Below are positions 27,901 through 39,320 of a DNA stretch of 64,000 nt, piece by piece (position 1 is the first letter of the stretch; every line of letters begins with the position of its first letter). This DNA is from Macrostomum hystrix. Lineage: Eukaryota; Animalia; Platyhelminthes. The translations under genes were made by a program, and so were the position numbers. The stretch is taken from contig CATNEN010000038.1 of NCBI GenBank assembly GCA_950097015.1, forward strand, positions 28,210,001-28,274,000, given 5' to 3'. The notes under the pieces are model-generated. The model was given only the letters and a program-made list of their open reading frames with translations, was not told the origin of the DNA and did not search any database.

Positions 27901-30900
27901 CTCTCCTTCTCGATGACACATTCATTGGAATTCTCTCCTTCTCGATGACACATTCATTGGAATTCTCTCCTTCTCGATGACACATTCATTGGAATTCTCT
28001 CCTTCTCGATGACACATTCATTGGAATTCTCTCCTTCTCGATGACACATTCATTGGAATTCTCTCCTTCTCGATGACACATTCATTGGAATTCTCTCCTT
28101 CTCGATGACACATTCATTGGAATTCTCTCCTTCTCGATGACACATTCATTGGAATTCTCTACTTCTCGATGACACATTCATTGAAATTCTCTCCTTCTCG
28201 ATGACACATTCATTGGAATTCTCTCCTTCTCGATGACACATTCATTGGAATTCTCTCCTTCTCGATGACACATTCATTGAAATTCTCTCCTTCTCGATGA
28301 CACATTCATTGGAATTCTCTCCTTCTCGATGACACATTCATTGGAATTCTCTACTTCTCGATGACACATTCATTGAAATTCTCTACTTCTCGATGACACA
28401 TTCATTGATCTTATCTTATCGACGATAAATATTCGATATTTTAATTCATATCGCGTAGACTTTTAGCGACCATCACTTTTATTTTACGTTTTCAAAAATT
28501 AAACAAACCTTTACATTGATCACATACAGTGTACATATTCTGCAATTAAAGAGTACACTTACCCTGTTCTGCGTCGATACAGGTCTCTTTGCAATCGTCT
28601 TTCTAAATAATTAGCGATGCGTCCCAGTTTCTCAGGATACCGACAGGTGTAGTGGGTCAGCGAGTTCAATCTCTGTGGTTTCGGCTCTCGATTCTAGGAT
28701 TAAAACAAACGATATAAAATGTGCTAGATAGAAAAGCTTTTTTGTTTAAATGATTTATCATTTGATAAAGAATTACAGACTTACATTTGGATCAGATGGG
28801 AACACATTGTCAACTAATCTTGTCCACCTGGGACGACACGTGCCACACATCGACTGCAGTGGGCCTATGTGAATATGAGGGTAAACTAATTGATTATTTA
28901 GAATATTTGAACTGCTAGCTAATAAAAAAAATATTTCTTTTACTTCAAAAGTTATTATGGCTGCCTAGCTCTCCAAGTTAGAATAAATAGATAGGTTTAG
29001 CAATATTATTTCATTATTATTATTATATTGGTAGTTATTTTATTATTATTGGTTGTAAATGCCAAATTGTATGAATACTTAAAAGTATTTTTAATTGACT
29101 TACTAACATTTATCTAATTTACAAATTCTTTAACACAGTTTATTTTTATAGGATTACTTATCTTATATTTTACAAAGCTAAAATATTTAATTGCAAAACA
29201 GGATATATAGGCTTTAAATTAAATACACACAATTTATCTAATTAACTAGAATTTAAAATATGTATACACACATGACTACAAATACTAGTCAATAGTCATG
29301 TTGCCAATCTAGCCTTGACAATTATAGTTACACCTTAAAGTTAACTGATTAAAACCCCTGCCATTGCATTTAACAGTCATGGAGTTGTTTGAATAAGATT
29401 ATGATGATAATTATAATCGCTACAGTTGGCATAATACCTAAAACACCAGCACTAAAACTATCATTATCAGAGAAAACATTGTGAGTCAGATGCAAACTAT
29501 TGATGTATCTTAAGATAACCTAGGAGAAAGATAAGATAAATGTGCTCTGCCTAGGATGATAAGCAAAGCATAGCAAACTAGTAAAATGTTTATAATATGA
29601 AAATGATATTCACAATGTTTGCTTAAAAAAGTGTATCACTGCATAGGAAAAATGGCACACAAATAGGTGACAAAAGTTGTGAATTCGTAGGGACTTCTAG
29701 GCAAAAACTTACAAAATGTTGTCAAATGTAACCAAAAAAGTTAACAAATAGAGAAAATTCTTGTTTTTTAATGAAGTGTAATTTTAAAATTCAAAGTATT
29801 AATTTTAGCTTTTGCTCATTGTTACTGTTTAAAAATTAAAAACTAACCAAATTATTTATTAAATGTCTTTGTAAATATACAAATTAAACAAGTAGCACAT
29901 TAGGTATAATTTAGCAGAAAGCCTTAGTGGATTTTCTGCTTGGCATATTTTAGTATAAAGCATTGCAGCAATTCTTTGCTCAGTGAAACTTGGTATAAAA
30001 TTAATTGTGTAAGCCAAATTTTATCTAACATATAGGCTATATGACTAGCATGATATGGACTATGAGTGTGAGGATGTCTTATTTGTCATAAATTGGTTTC
30101 AATAAGCTAGTTAGCCAAAATAGCTATAGGCCCCTAGCTGTAGGATCCTAGACACTTCGTCATCTTACAACTTCGTCATCTTACAACTTTGTCATCCACT
30201 TGGAAAGTAGGACACTTTGTCATCCAGCCAATTGGCATGCTTTAAAGTTTGGTCACTTTGTCATCTGCTAATAATAAGCAATCAAGTTCGTCATCAATAA
30301 AGTGAGGATGGGGTGGTAGGGCAGAGGTGTGAACACACTTCACACTATAAATTGTCAAAAAGAGGTGTCAAAACTGATTTCAATATAAGAGTTGAAAGAT
30401 AGGTGCCAACACAATGTGAGGAGGTGGGGAGGGGTGGTTCTGTTCTAACTTTGAAAACTTTTGTTTTATAGATGATGAAGTGTCCACAAGTCTATAAGTC
30501 TCTTCGTAATCCACCCTCTTAGATATTGGACAGATCATCATCTGGATGACGAAGTTGTAAGATGACGAAGTGTCCAGGTACCATAGCTGTAGGCCTAGTG
30601 TATAAATTGAATTAAAATACAATAATAGATACCAGATGGCTTATATATTTGCAGAATATTATTGCCAAATGTAAATTAACCGAAATTATTTGGTAAAGTT
30701 TGGTTGTATTTTACACTTTCTTCGATTTTTCTTTTTTAACAAGTACTATGTTAGCTACTAGCACGTTTTAAATGATAGATAAATACATTTCATAGCATAG
30801 GAATTGGACATGGTTAGGCCAAGGGCCCTGTCCCAATACTAAAAAGTATTTAATATTATTTGTATTACATAAACCGACATACCCATAACTATGTTCATAT

Positions 30901-31043
30901 TATTTAACTTTTCAGAAGAATAATAAGACAACTGGTAAAATAACACTGGTAAAATAATAAAATAAGTCGAAAACAGCAGCTTAAAGTATTTAGAGGCAAA
31001 AAAAATAGTTAATAACACTTGTGATTTGCCACTTACCAACCAT
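18920..31043 (-). CDS. EFR3: EFR3 homolog (PI4KA plasma-membrane anchor); exons approx. 31043-31037, 28864-28785, 28693-28563, 26625-26153, 25822-25548, 24708-24542, 23984-~23550, 22842-22414, 20829-20571, 20490-20293, 19290-18920
   Basis: The spliced N-terminus MVGPLQSMCGTCRPRWTRLVDNVFPSDP...PEKLGRIANYLERRLQRD matches EFR3 (RPRYKRLVDNIFP...PEKLDRIG.YL..RL.RD). The C-terminus EIEFPSLFAY* matches EFR3 (EMKFPDLCVY). The donors of exons 6 and 7 and the 7-nt first exon are less certain. Confidence 0.9.
19310..20080. repeat. 59-bp intronic minisatellite
   Basis: A one-base shift per 60-nt line shows period 59. Confidence 0.93.
20885..21315. repeat. 20-bp intronic minisatellite (CTATCTACCCTGCCTGTCTC)
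   Basis: Visible tandem periodicity. Confidence 0.93.
21725..22300. repeat. 18-bp intronic minisatellite (GGGTAGCTAGAGTAGATA)
   Basis: Visible tandem periodicity, which explains the RVARVD repeat ORF. Confidence 0.92.
22880..23500. repeat. 13-bp-based intronic minisatellite (GAGTGACATTGAT)
   Basis: Visible tandem periodicity with variant units. Confidence 0.92.
24101..24320 (+). mobile_element. Short tRNA-derived SINE (head and tail kept, middle missing) with probable target-site duplication
   Basis: A-box TGGCAGAGCAA, degenerate B-box, complete tail ...CCCGCATCCCTCTTGCAATTACTATAATATTATTA. Flanked by AACCAGTGTATT (24088) and AACCATTGTATT (24321). Confidence 0.88.
24358..24495 (+). mobile_element. 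CORE-SINE-like relic
   Basis: B-box GGTTCGATTCC followed by GTGTCCTTTAGCAATATACTAAACTCT...TGCTTCAGTTCACACAGCTGTTAAAATGG, resembling the MIR/CORE consensus. A similar sequence occurs at about 43995. Confidence 0.6.
24790..25500. repeat. Purine-rich ~20/40-bp intronic minisatellite (GAAACTGGGGAAGAACGGGAA...)
   Basis: Visible tandem periodicity. Confidence 0.9.
25860..26142. repeat. 30-bp intronic minisatellite (ATCTACTGACTGTCCTACCTAAACCTGCCA)
   Basis: Two units per 60-nt line, in register. Confidence 0.92.
26850..27370. repeat. 41-bp intronic minisatellite
   Basis: Unit TCTCGACGATCCACCAAGAAATCTCTTCCATATTCTCTCCT. Confidence 0.95.
27385..28410. repeat. 32-bp intronic minisatellite
   Basis: Unit TTCTCTCCTTCTCGATGACACATTCATTGGAA, about 32 copies. 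Confidence 0.95.
30143..30582. mobile_element. MITE with ~38-bp TIRs containing sub-repeats and a 9-bp TSD (Mutator-like)
   Basis: Left end GGATCCTAGACACTTCGTCATCTTACAACTTCGTCATC; right end GATGACGAAGTTGTAAGATGACGAAGTGTCCAGGTACC. Flanks CTAGCTGTA / ATAGCTGTA. Confidence 0.85.
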
Positions 31044-32869
31044 CTTAAATTAAATTCAAGTCCGCTTTAAAACATAAAAAAGTAGACCAAAACACCAAAC
31101 TACTAAACTGTCCTCTTCAGGACAGAAGCGGCGAGGAAAAGAGGAAAAGAAACGCTGCCTGCTTTGAAGAAGCCTGGTATTTCGAAGAAACCTGTTTGTT
31201 TAAAAAATGCTAGAGTACAAGTTTACATTAAACAAAAGATAACAGTTTTTAATTACTCAGCAACTACAAATATTTTTTTACTAAATAATTTTTCTCTTTA
31301 AGTTGTATTTGCAAGTACAAAGGCTTGAAAATGCAATCGCAAAAGGCGCCATTAGTTACTGAAATTTGCTATGTTCAATTGACTATTTCAGTTGAGTTAT
31401 GCAAGCCCACGTTTTATTAAGCTGTTTGCATCTAAGTTTCGGTCTTAACTATCATTACTTCGCTCTCTTCACTCTTCAATTAGCGCTTTTCACTACTTAA
31501 AATAGCTATTGAATTTTTATGAGTTATATTTAACTGCAATGATGCGCTACCTAACATAATGTTTTCTATAAACTGGTATGAAGTGCGAAAGTACGAAGAA
31601 TAATTGCTTACTTGCAAACCTTCCTACAGAAATGTGACATTTTGACAGTCCATGCAAAGTTCTAGCTGAACATATTTGCGCTTGCCTTAGCTATTTTGTT
31701 CCTTTAATCAGACTGCATACGATATGTTACGCTTACGTCACGTAAACTATTCGGTTAACCTAATCTAAACCTAACATTCAAGCTATTTGCGTTTAAAAGC
31801 TTGAGCATGACTGAAAAAACTGTCTTTAATACTTTTAGCTTTTTAACTCAGTTCTTAAGTCTGAATTCTTGAGATAAACTGGTTATATATATAGATATAA
31901 ATATATATCTATAAGGATGACAAATATGCCGAATAAGCACAAATCAGCAAGCAAAAGCTTTTTTTCAATGGTGGGGTTTTTATTACTGCAGAATTTTTAC
32001 ATGCACGTAATTTAGAAAAATATATCGCGCGTTGTTGTTACCTAATTTTAAAACACAGAAAACCGTTTTCGTATTTTAGAATCTAGAATGTATTTTGCAC
32101 TCTTTCATCATACTTTAATTGTATATAAAATGAGCCCACTCACAACCATTACTTTTGCTTTCATGCGAAAATATAAAAATGCACAAATACTTTATTTTTA
32201 GGAAAAATGAATGGCACATAGGCCAGCAGTATGCTAATATTCATAATAATATCGCGGTTTTAATGAACATTGAACCATTGATTTTATTATAGTTTGTGTT
32301 ACCTTAATTAGCTTTAAAATATATTCGTCTGATTGTCAATTAATTTCCTACATTTTTGGTAAGCTGTACATAAATGTATTTCAGTAAAATATCTTATTTG
32401 TACTACTTAAAATAGCTATTGCAGTAAGTTAGTAGAGCGATTTGTATATCTTTTCGTCGAATTAGCCAGATGGTCGAATAGCTTCAGCCAGAAAATGTAC
32501 TGAATTGACACCACAACTTTCAATGCAGTGTAAAGCTCAGTGCTTTCTGTTGAATTCGTCTTTTCCTGGCAAAAAAGAATAAAACAAACTTATCAAACAT
32601 TTGATAAATGAACAAATGAACAACGAATGTTTACGAATGAACAACGAAGAAAATGACAGACGAACTACAGTTTAAACCATTTTGGCTAGACCCATAGACT
32701 ATAACAATATGCTGATCCTGTCTACTCTGCTGCAGTGTGCCAATTCATTATTTTCAGTAGTCGTTCCCATTCGAATTCTATTCCCTACCCCTTTCGTTCA
32801 AAGTTCAGAAGTTTATGAGTCTTTTGTACTTTTAACAATTAAGTACAAGTCACATCCCACCGTGTCTCA

Positions 32870-33420
32870 ATTCTCTCGTGTGTCATCTCTCCACTGTCTC
32901 CACCTCTGCCCTTTCTTATCAATCCCCTGTCTTATCTCTCCCTGTCTCATCTCTCGCCTGTCTTATCTCTCCACTGTCTCATCTCTCCCCTGTCTTATCT
33001 CTCCACTGTCTCATCTCTCCCTGTCTTATCTCTCCCTGTCTCATATCTCCCTGTCTTATCTCTCCCTGTCTCATATCTCCCTGTCTCATATCTCCCTGTC
33101 TCATATCTCCCTGTCTCATATCTCCCTGTCTCATATCTCCCTGTCTTATCTCTCCCTGTCTCATATCTCCCTGTCTTATCTCTCCATGTCTCATCTCTCC
33201 CTGTCTCATATCTCCCTGTCTTATCTCTCCCTGTCTCATATCTCCCTGTCTTATCTCTCCACTGTCTCATATCTCCCTGTCTTATCTCTCCATGTCTCAT
33301 CTCTCCCTGTCTCATATCTCCCTGTCTTATCTCTCCCTGTCTCATATCTCCCTGTCTTATCTCTCCACTGTCTCATATCTCCCTGTCTTATCTCTCCACT
33401 GTCCCATATCTCCCTGTCGT
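32870..33420. repeat. 15-bp pyrimidine-rich minisatellite (CCCTGTCTCATATCT)
   Basis: Visible tandem periodicity. Confidence 0.93.
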
Positions 33421-33542
33421 GTCCATCTCTTGTCGCTGAATCAACTGAACTGAATCAAATCTCTCGATGTTATATTTGGGATTCTCTCTGTTCTTTACAG
33501 ACGGATGACAGATCGAATCTACAGACATTTTTGACAATTACA

Positions 33543-36500
33543 TTATAAATCAATCGAATATTTATCCACAAATCCTAAATCCTTTCTGCCCGCCAATCTA
33601 AATATAGAATCTATAACACAAAATCCCGAGCTAGAAAGACAGTCGATAGCGCCGGTGTCATCGCCAGCGAAATCTACTCCGTAAATTAGTTTACCCAAGT
33701 CGCTCTTTGCATCTAACACAAGCAGCAACAGATCTACGCTCGTATAGTGCACGAAATAAAATATTCGGTTTTTGTTACTTTTGTTCAGCTGTTTATTGTA
33801 ATATTACTCAGTCACGATCAGTCACTATTTAGTCTCTGGGAAAGATTTCTCGGTGATATATGTATTGTAAGTCTTAGTTTACAGAAGCAATAAATAATTT
33901 TTTATGGCCAAAAAAATTACTCTGGGTTATATTTTTGACAATTTTGATTAACATTTGATAGAGCACATCTGGGAAATGTACACGGTACTCTGTGCGCGAT
34001 TTCTCCCATTCGAATATTCACCAAACGAAATTCTCCCCTATCCCATTTCCGCATTCCCAATTTCTATACTATCCCACTTTCTGGCATCATATTTTTTTCA
34101 TCCCAATTTCTCTTATCTTAATTTCTCCTATCTAATTTTTCTCCCATCTAATTTTTCTCCCATCCCAATTTCTCCCATCCCAATTTCTCCCACCCCAATT
34201 TCTCCCATCCCCACTTCTCCCATCCCCATTTCTCCCATCCCAATTTTTCTCATCCCAAGTTCTCCCATCCCAATTACTACTATCCCAAATTCTCCTATAC
34301 CGAATTCTCCCATCCTTATTTCTCCCATCCCAATTTCACCCATTCCAATTTCACCCATCCCAATTTCTCCCATCCCAAATTCTCCCATCACAATTTCTCC
34401 CATCTCGAATTCTCGTATACCGAATTCTGACATCCTAATTTCTCCCATCCCAAATTCTCCCATCACAATTTCTCCCATCCCGAATTCTCGTATACCGAAT
34501 TCTGACATCCTAATTTCTCCCATCCCAAATTCTCCCATCACAATTTCTCCCATCCCGAATTCTCGTATACCCAATTCTGACATCCTAATTTCTCCCATCC
34601 GAATTTCACTCATTCCAATTTCACCCATCCCGATTTCTCCCATCCCAAATTCTCCCATCCCTATTTCTCCCATCCTAAATTCTCCCATCCCTATTTCTCC
34701 CATCCCAAATTCTCCCATCCTAATTTCTCCCATCCCAATTTCTCCTATATTTAATTTCCTAATCCAAATGTATCCCATATAAATGTCTCCCCATTTTTAT
34801 CTCCATTCTATATTGCCCGATATTGGCTGCAATATTTATAAGCAAATTTCGACAAGAGTACGCTGTCTGTTTCTAAATCCTAAATTGCTGATAGAATTCG
34901 TGCTGCAACGGGAGTCCGGGGTCATAAAAGCCTGAATGGCTGAATAATTTAAGATAAATCATGCAGATTCAATCTCTTCAGCTATTATAAATGCTTTTAG
35001 ACATTGCTTCGAGAGTGCTCAGCACTCGAGGCCTAAAATTATTCTTTGAAAACATGCACTTACGCTCGTACCTTGTTCGACGTCTAAAAATTCGTTTTTT
35101 TATTCTTAACTGTACGCTATATACTTGAAATTGGGCTAAATGTTTTTGTGTGAAAAGGCAAAGGATGTTAAACGTTTAATTAATAAGTTGGGAAAACTCG
35201 TCTGCCAAGGTTTTTACTCTGAGACAAGAGTTAAGCTAAATTAAGCTACAAAATAAACTATAATCATAATAATCATATTTATAGCAACTCAAGCGAATAA
35301 TTCTAGTGACAGTCGACCTGCAGCAAGCGAGTAGACAAGTCTGCACTTTCCACGAACTCCTGAGCACAGACTCACACACAAGTTTACACTAGCCCTAACC
35401 CTAACACTAGCCCTAACCCTAACCCTAGCCCTAACCCTAACCCTAACCCTAACCTACCCTGACTTTCTTATCGTCAGGCAGAGTAGACTCTCACTGTGCC
35501 TTCATGGGGGTTGGCCCTCTCAATGGCGTAAATGGCACGACAAGCCCTCAGAGCCCTCTCTCAGCGGCTGCGCCCCGAATAAATGTGGCCTCGCCGCGGA
35601 ATCGAGCTCAGAAACCTTAGTTGACTGTTGTGACTTGAGTTAATTAGATAGGTAATCTGCTAATTCAACAACAAAAACAATTATCAAGTCCTCAAGCTTA
35701 CCCAAACTTGTGTAGATGATGACAACAATAACACCCAATAGAAAGACAACTCCGAGGGAAATAAAAATAACGTTTAGAACTTTTCGCAGCATCGGCAGCT
35801 GCAGATCCTGAATCTGATCAGCCTGGTCATCGTCTACGCGCTTGTCCTGCGTAGTTAGGAGGATTTTTTAAATAAGTAAAATGATTTGGTTTTCCTGTAT
35901 GGTTAGATTATAGGGAGCAAATTAGTTGGAATAATTATTTTTCCGAAATTCAGGTAAATTTATTTTTCCTAATTGGTAGACTTTTAGAAAGGAGACTTCA
36001 GGATGGGAGGTTTTGGGACAGGATATTTCGGTATGGGAGTTTTCAGGGTGGGAGATATTGGGACAGGATATTTCGGTATGGGAGATTTTGGGATGGGAGA
36101 TTTCGGGATGGCAGATTTTAATTGGGATGGGAGATTTCGGGACGGGCTATTTAGGTCCCATTTAACCCCAATCTCTGGATAGGAGATTTCGGGAAATGAG
36201 ACTTCGGGTTGGGGACATTTCTAAATTGAAGATTTCAGGATGGATTTCAGATTTTAATAAATTCTTTTCGACAGGTAGAAATTTAATATAATATAACATT
36301 TTTAATCAAGAAATAAAAACACCGGTTGTAATAAGTGAAAACATCTGTTTCTAGGGATTCCCAGACTTTTATGGCCTCTATAAATTTTCAGCGAGGTCTA
36401 AAAAATGTCTACTTATTTTGTACGGCATCGTTAGTGAAAACAGCAATATTAGTAGTGAAGAAGAATATTTATGCAGAGACTTTATCTAACCTGCAGTACG

Positions 36501-36752
36501 GTGATAATCTTATCAACCGTGGGATGCTTCCTCGCTCTTGTCATTATTTTCTTCCTTTTTGATTTATCTCCGCTGCTGCCGTTGGCGCCTGACGTCGGCA
36601 TCCTGCTGGCGTCCATATTCTGACGAATCGAAGCCTCTGTTGTCGCCTGCAACAGGGGTAGCCTGGAAGCGTCGCCCCCGCTGCCGCCGTTTAAATCTGA
36701 CGAACGCGCCCCTGACTGACCCAGATCGGCATCGATTCCATTGATCCGACAG

Positions 36753-36818
<66 letters not shown>

Positions 36819-36871
36819 GTAAACAGCAAACTATCGCCCCTGGCGCCTGTCAGTTGCAGATTGTTGTTCAT
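33543..36871 (-). CDS. Uncharacterised polyQ, single-pass membrane protein; exons 36871-36491, 35846-35702, ~33733 (or 33712)-33543
   Basis: Phase-consistent GT-AG joins: ...KIITVLQ|DKRVDDDQADQIQDLQLPMLRKVLNVIFISLGVVFLLGVIVVIIYTSL|D...DKYSIDL*. One clear hydrophobic helix. The last exon is less certain. Confidence 0.65.
33995..34790. repeat. 15-bp minisatellite (TCTCCCATCCCAATT)
   Basis: Visible tandem periodicity. Confidence 0.92.
35315..35620 (-). mobile_element. Degenerate tRNA-derived SINE copy interrupted by (CCCTAA)n
   Basis: CCCTGACTTTCTTATCGTCAGGCAG...GCGGCTGCGCCCCGAATAAATGTGGCCTCGCCGCGGAATCGAGCTCAG matches the other copies. Confidence 0.85.
35990..36250. repeat. Degenerate GGGATGGGAGATTT array, inverted relative to 33995..34790
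   Basis: The reverse complement of the unit is AAATCTCCCATCCC. Confidence 0.75.
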
Positions 36872-37683
36872 GGTCTTATAAATGTCGCTTGGTTTCCTAG
36901 GCGGTATATTTGCTCAAAGTTTTCTCTTTCTTAAAGTCCTTGGCTTTTTATGTATTGAAAGTCTTAGCTGAGCAGGGGGGGTGGTGTTTTGAGTGGCTGT
37001 TTGCTGCTCTCGTCCCCTTTTTTCTGGTTGCCCTGCTGGGTGGCGCGAGATTATGGGCGGCGGGGTTGGTGACGCGTTGCTTGCAGACTTCCTTCTGCGA
37101 GAAAAAATATATCTATAAAAACCGAATGTCTTTCCCAGTGCTCCCCCCTGTCCCATCAGAATCCCACGCTCTTATTCCCAGGACTTTCCTAAGCCCTTCT
37201 TTACAGCATTCCCTCCTCCATGGTCCTTGGTCTCTGCTGAGCATGCAGCTGATATCGCTTTTGCTCATTAATGCACATAGCAACCCCCTGGTTTCACACG
37301 TCCCTATTAGATCCTCTCCATCCTCATTTTCTGTCCTGGCAAGCCCTGGACAAGCAGAAAAAAAACTACCAATGGGAAATATTGTCAACGAGGCATTCTA
37401 CGTGATACCCAAATTAAAGTGCACTGTTTGACTTGTGGCTGAATCTGATGGATTGAATCACTTAAAATATTATCTCTTGGCAGTCGCATATCGCTTAACA
37501 AATCGCTTGTTTGAATCAGGAATAAAATATCCCGCTTATGCTTTCAGTACTAAACGTTTATTTTCAGCAAAATTCGCGATCTATAATTTGTAACTTTCTG
37601 TTAGGATTTTTGTCAAAAATTGAAAAACAAAAATAATGCCTACGTTCTTATAAGCCTACTGCAAGTAGTTTCATCAATATGGT

Positions 37684-37975
37684 GGCCGGTCAGTGGCAGA
37701 TCGGTTAACACGTTTGCCCCCACCCCCCGAATCAAGATCCCTGAGCTCGATTCCGTAGCAAGGCCACATTTATTTGGGGTGCAGCCACTTAGAGAAGGCT
37801 TGGGGGCTTATCATGCAATTTACGTCGTTGAGGGCCAACTTTCAAAGGCACATTGACAGTGCCCATTGCCTAACGATGACAAAGTCAGGGCAGATGTACA
37901 CACTTGTGTGCGAATTGCCTCTCTCTGGCTGTGGGTCTACTGTCACTAAATTATGTGCCACCGCCACATTGTCAG
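37684..37975 (+). mobile_element. Degenerate tRNA-derived SINE copy
   Basis: GTGGCAGATCGGTTAACACGTTTGCC...GAGCTCGATTCC...AAGTCAGGGCAGATGTACAC aligns with the 48151 copy. Confidence 0.85.
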
Positions 37976-38981
37976 TTAGTTATCTACCTGATAATGAGCA
38001 TTGACAACAAGCAACTTTTCATAACTTTGAGACCCAAGCCCTTTCCAATGATCCGAATCATGCAGCTAAGTCCGACCATTTTAAAGTTATCACAAATATT
38101 CGAATGATCCTACTACTGTTTAGCTAAAATAAGTAGTACTATAAGAAATATTATGAAGATCTAAAGTTCATTGTAGGTGCCAAGATGCTGGGATATTTTC
38201 TAACTACCTTGTCACAACCAGATTGTTTCACCGCAGAAAGTTATTCCCAACACGAAATGTATCCGATATGTATCGAAATTCAGATTTTCCCAACCAAAAA
38301 CTATAATCCATCTCAAATGTCATATGAAGCGCGAGAGTGCCTAGGGAAAAACACAAACTCACCTCGGATTTGATTAATTCTTGGCGGAATCTGAAAGTCT
38401 GCAGTGCACTGAGTAATATTGTGTCGATCTAATATTTCATTGGCACTTCTTGACATGCCTTGCACGGTTGAAAATTTAGCTAGTTTTTGTCGAAATAAAG
38501 AATGAATAAATACACAAAGATTGGTGGGGGAGACTGGGCAGACAGAACCGATGCGGCTTGGAGGAAGGAAGCCGATCTCTGAAGTGGGAAATGACAGAAT
38601 AAATAGGCTTTGGGTGGCTAGATTGGGGATGGCTAAAATCGGCAGACTTGGACAGAGGTTACAAGCTGGGGGTACCACATCTATATGTATGCAGATGACT
38701 ATGGGGATCTGGTTGGACTGAATAGGGGATAGCGAAAATGGGGAAATGTGTGTGAGTGTGTGTGTCTGTGAGAGCATATAGTCCAGCGGGTGTGATCTTA
38801 CATTCTCCGCTGAGCTGCTGTGGCAAAGGCGGTTTGCGCTCTGGGAATAAAAAGTTGACTCAACTGAGAAATAAGATGTACGGCGGCTAAGGCTAGAGAG
38901 GCTTGAAATGAGTTCAGCTAATGCATGTTTACTGGACTCGAGTAACCCAGTATCGGCCCAGTGGGAAGAAAAATAGCGTTG

Positions 38982-39320
38982 GCTGTTGCTGCTGCTGCTG
39001 CTGTTGCTGCTGTTGCTGCTGTTGCTGCTGTTGCTGCTGTTGCTGCTGTTGCTGCTGTTGCTGCTGTTGCTGCTGTTGCTGCTGTTGCTGCTTTTGCTGC
39101 TGTTGCTGCTGTTGCTGCTTTTGCTGCTGTTGCTGCTGTTGCTGCTTTTGCTGCTGTTGCTGCTGTTGCTGCTGTTGCTGCTGTTGCTGCTGTTGCTGCT
39201 GTTGCTGCTGTTGCTGCTGTTGCTGCTTTTGCTGCTGTTGCTGCTTTTGCTGCTGTTGCTGCTGTTGCTGCTGTTGCTGCTGTTGCTGCTGTTGCTGCTG
39301 TTGCTGCTTTTGCTGCTGTT
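38982..39320. repeat. (GCTGCTGTT)n 9-bp microsatellite
   Basis: Nearly pure array. Confidence 0.97.
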
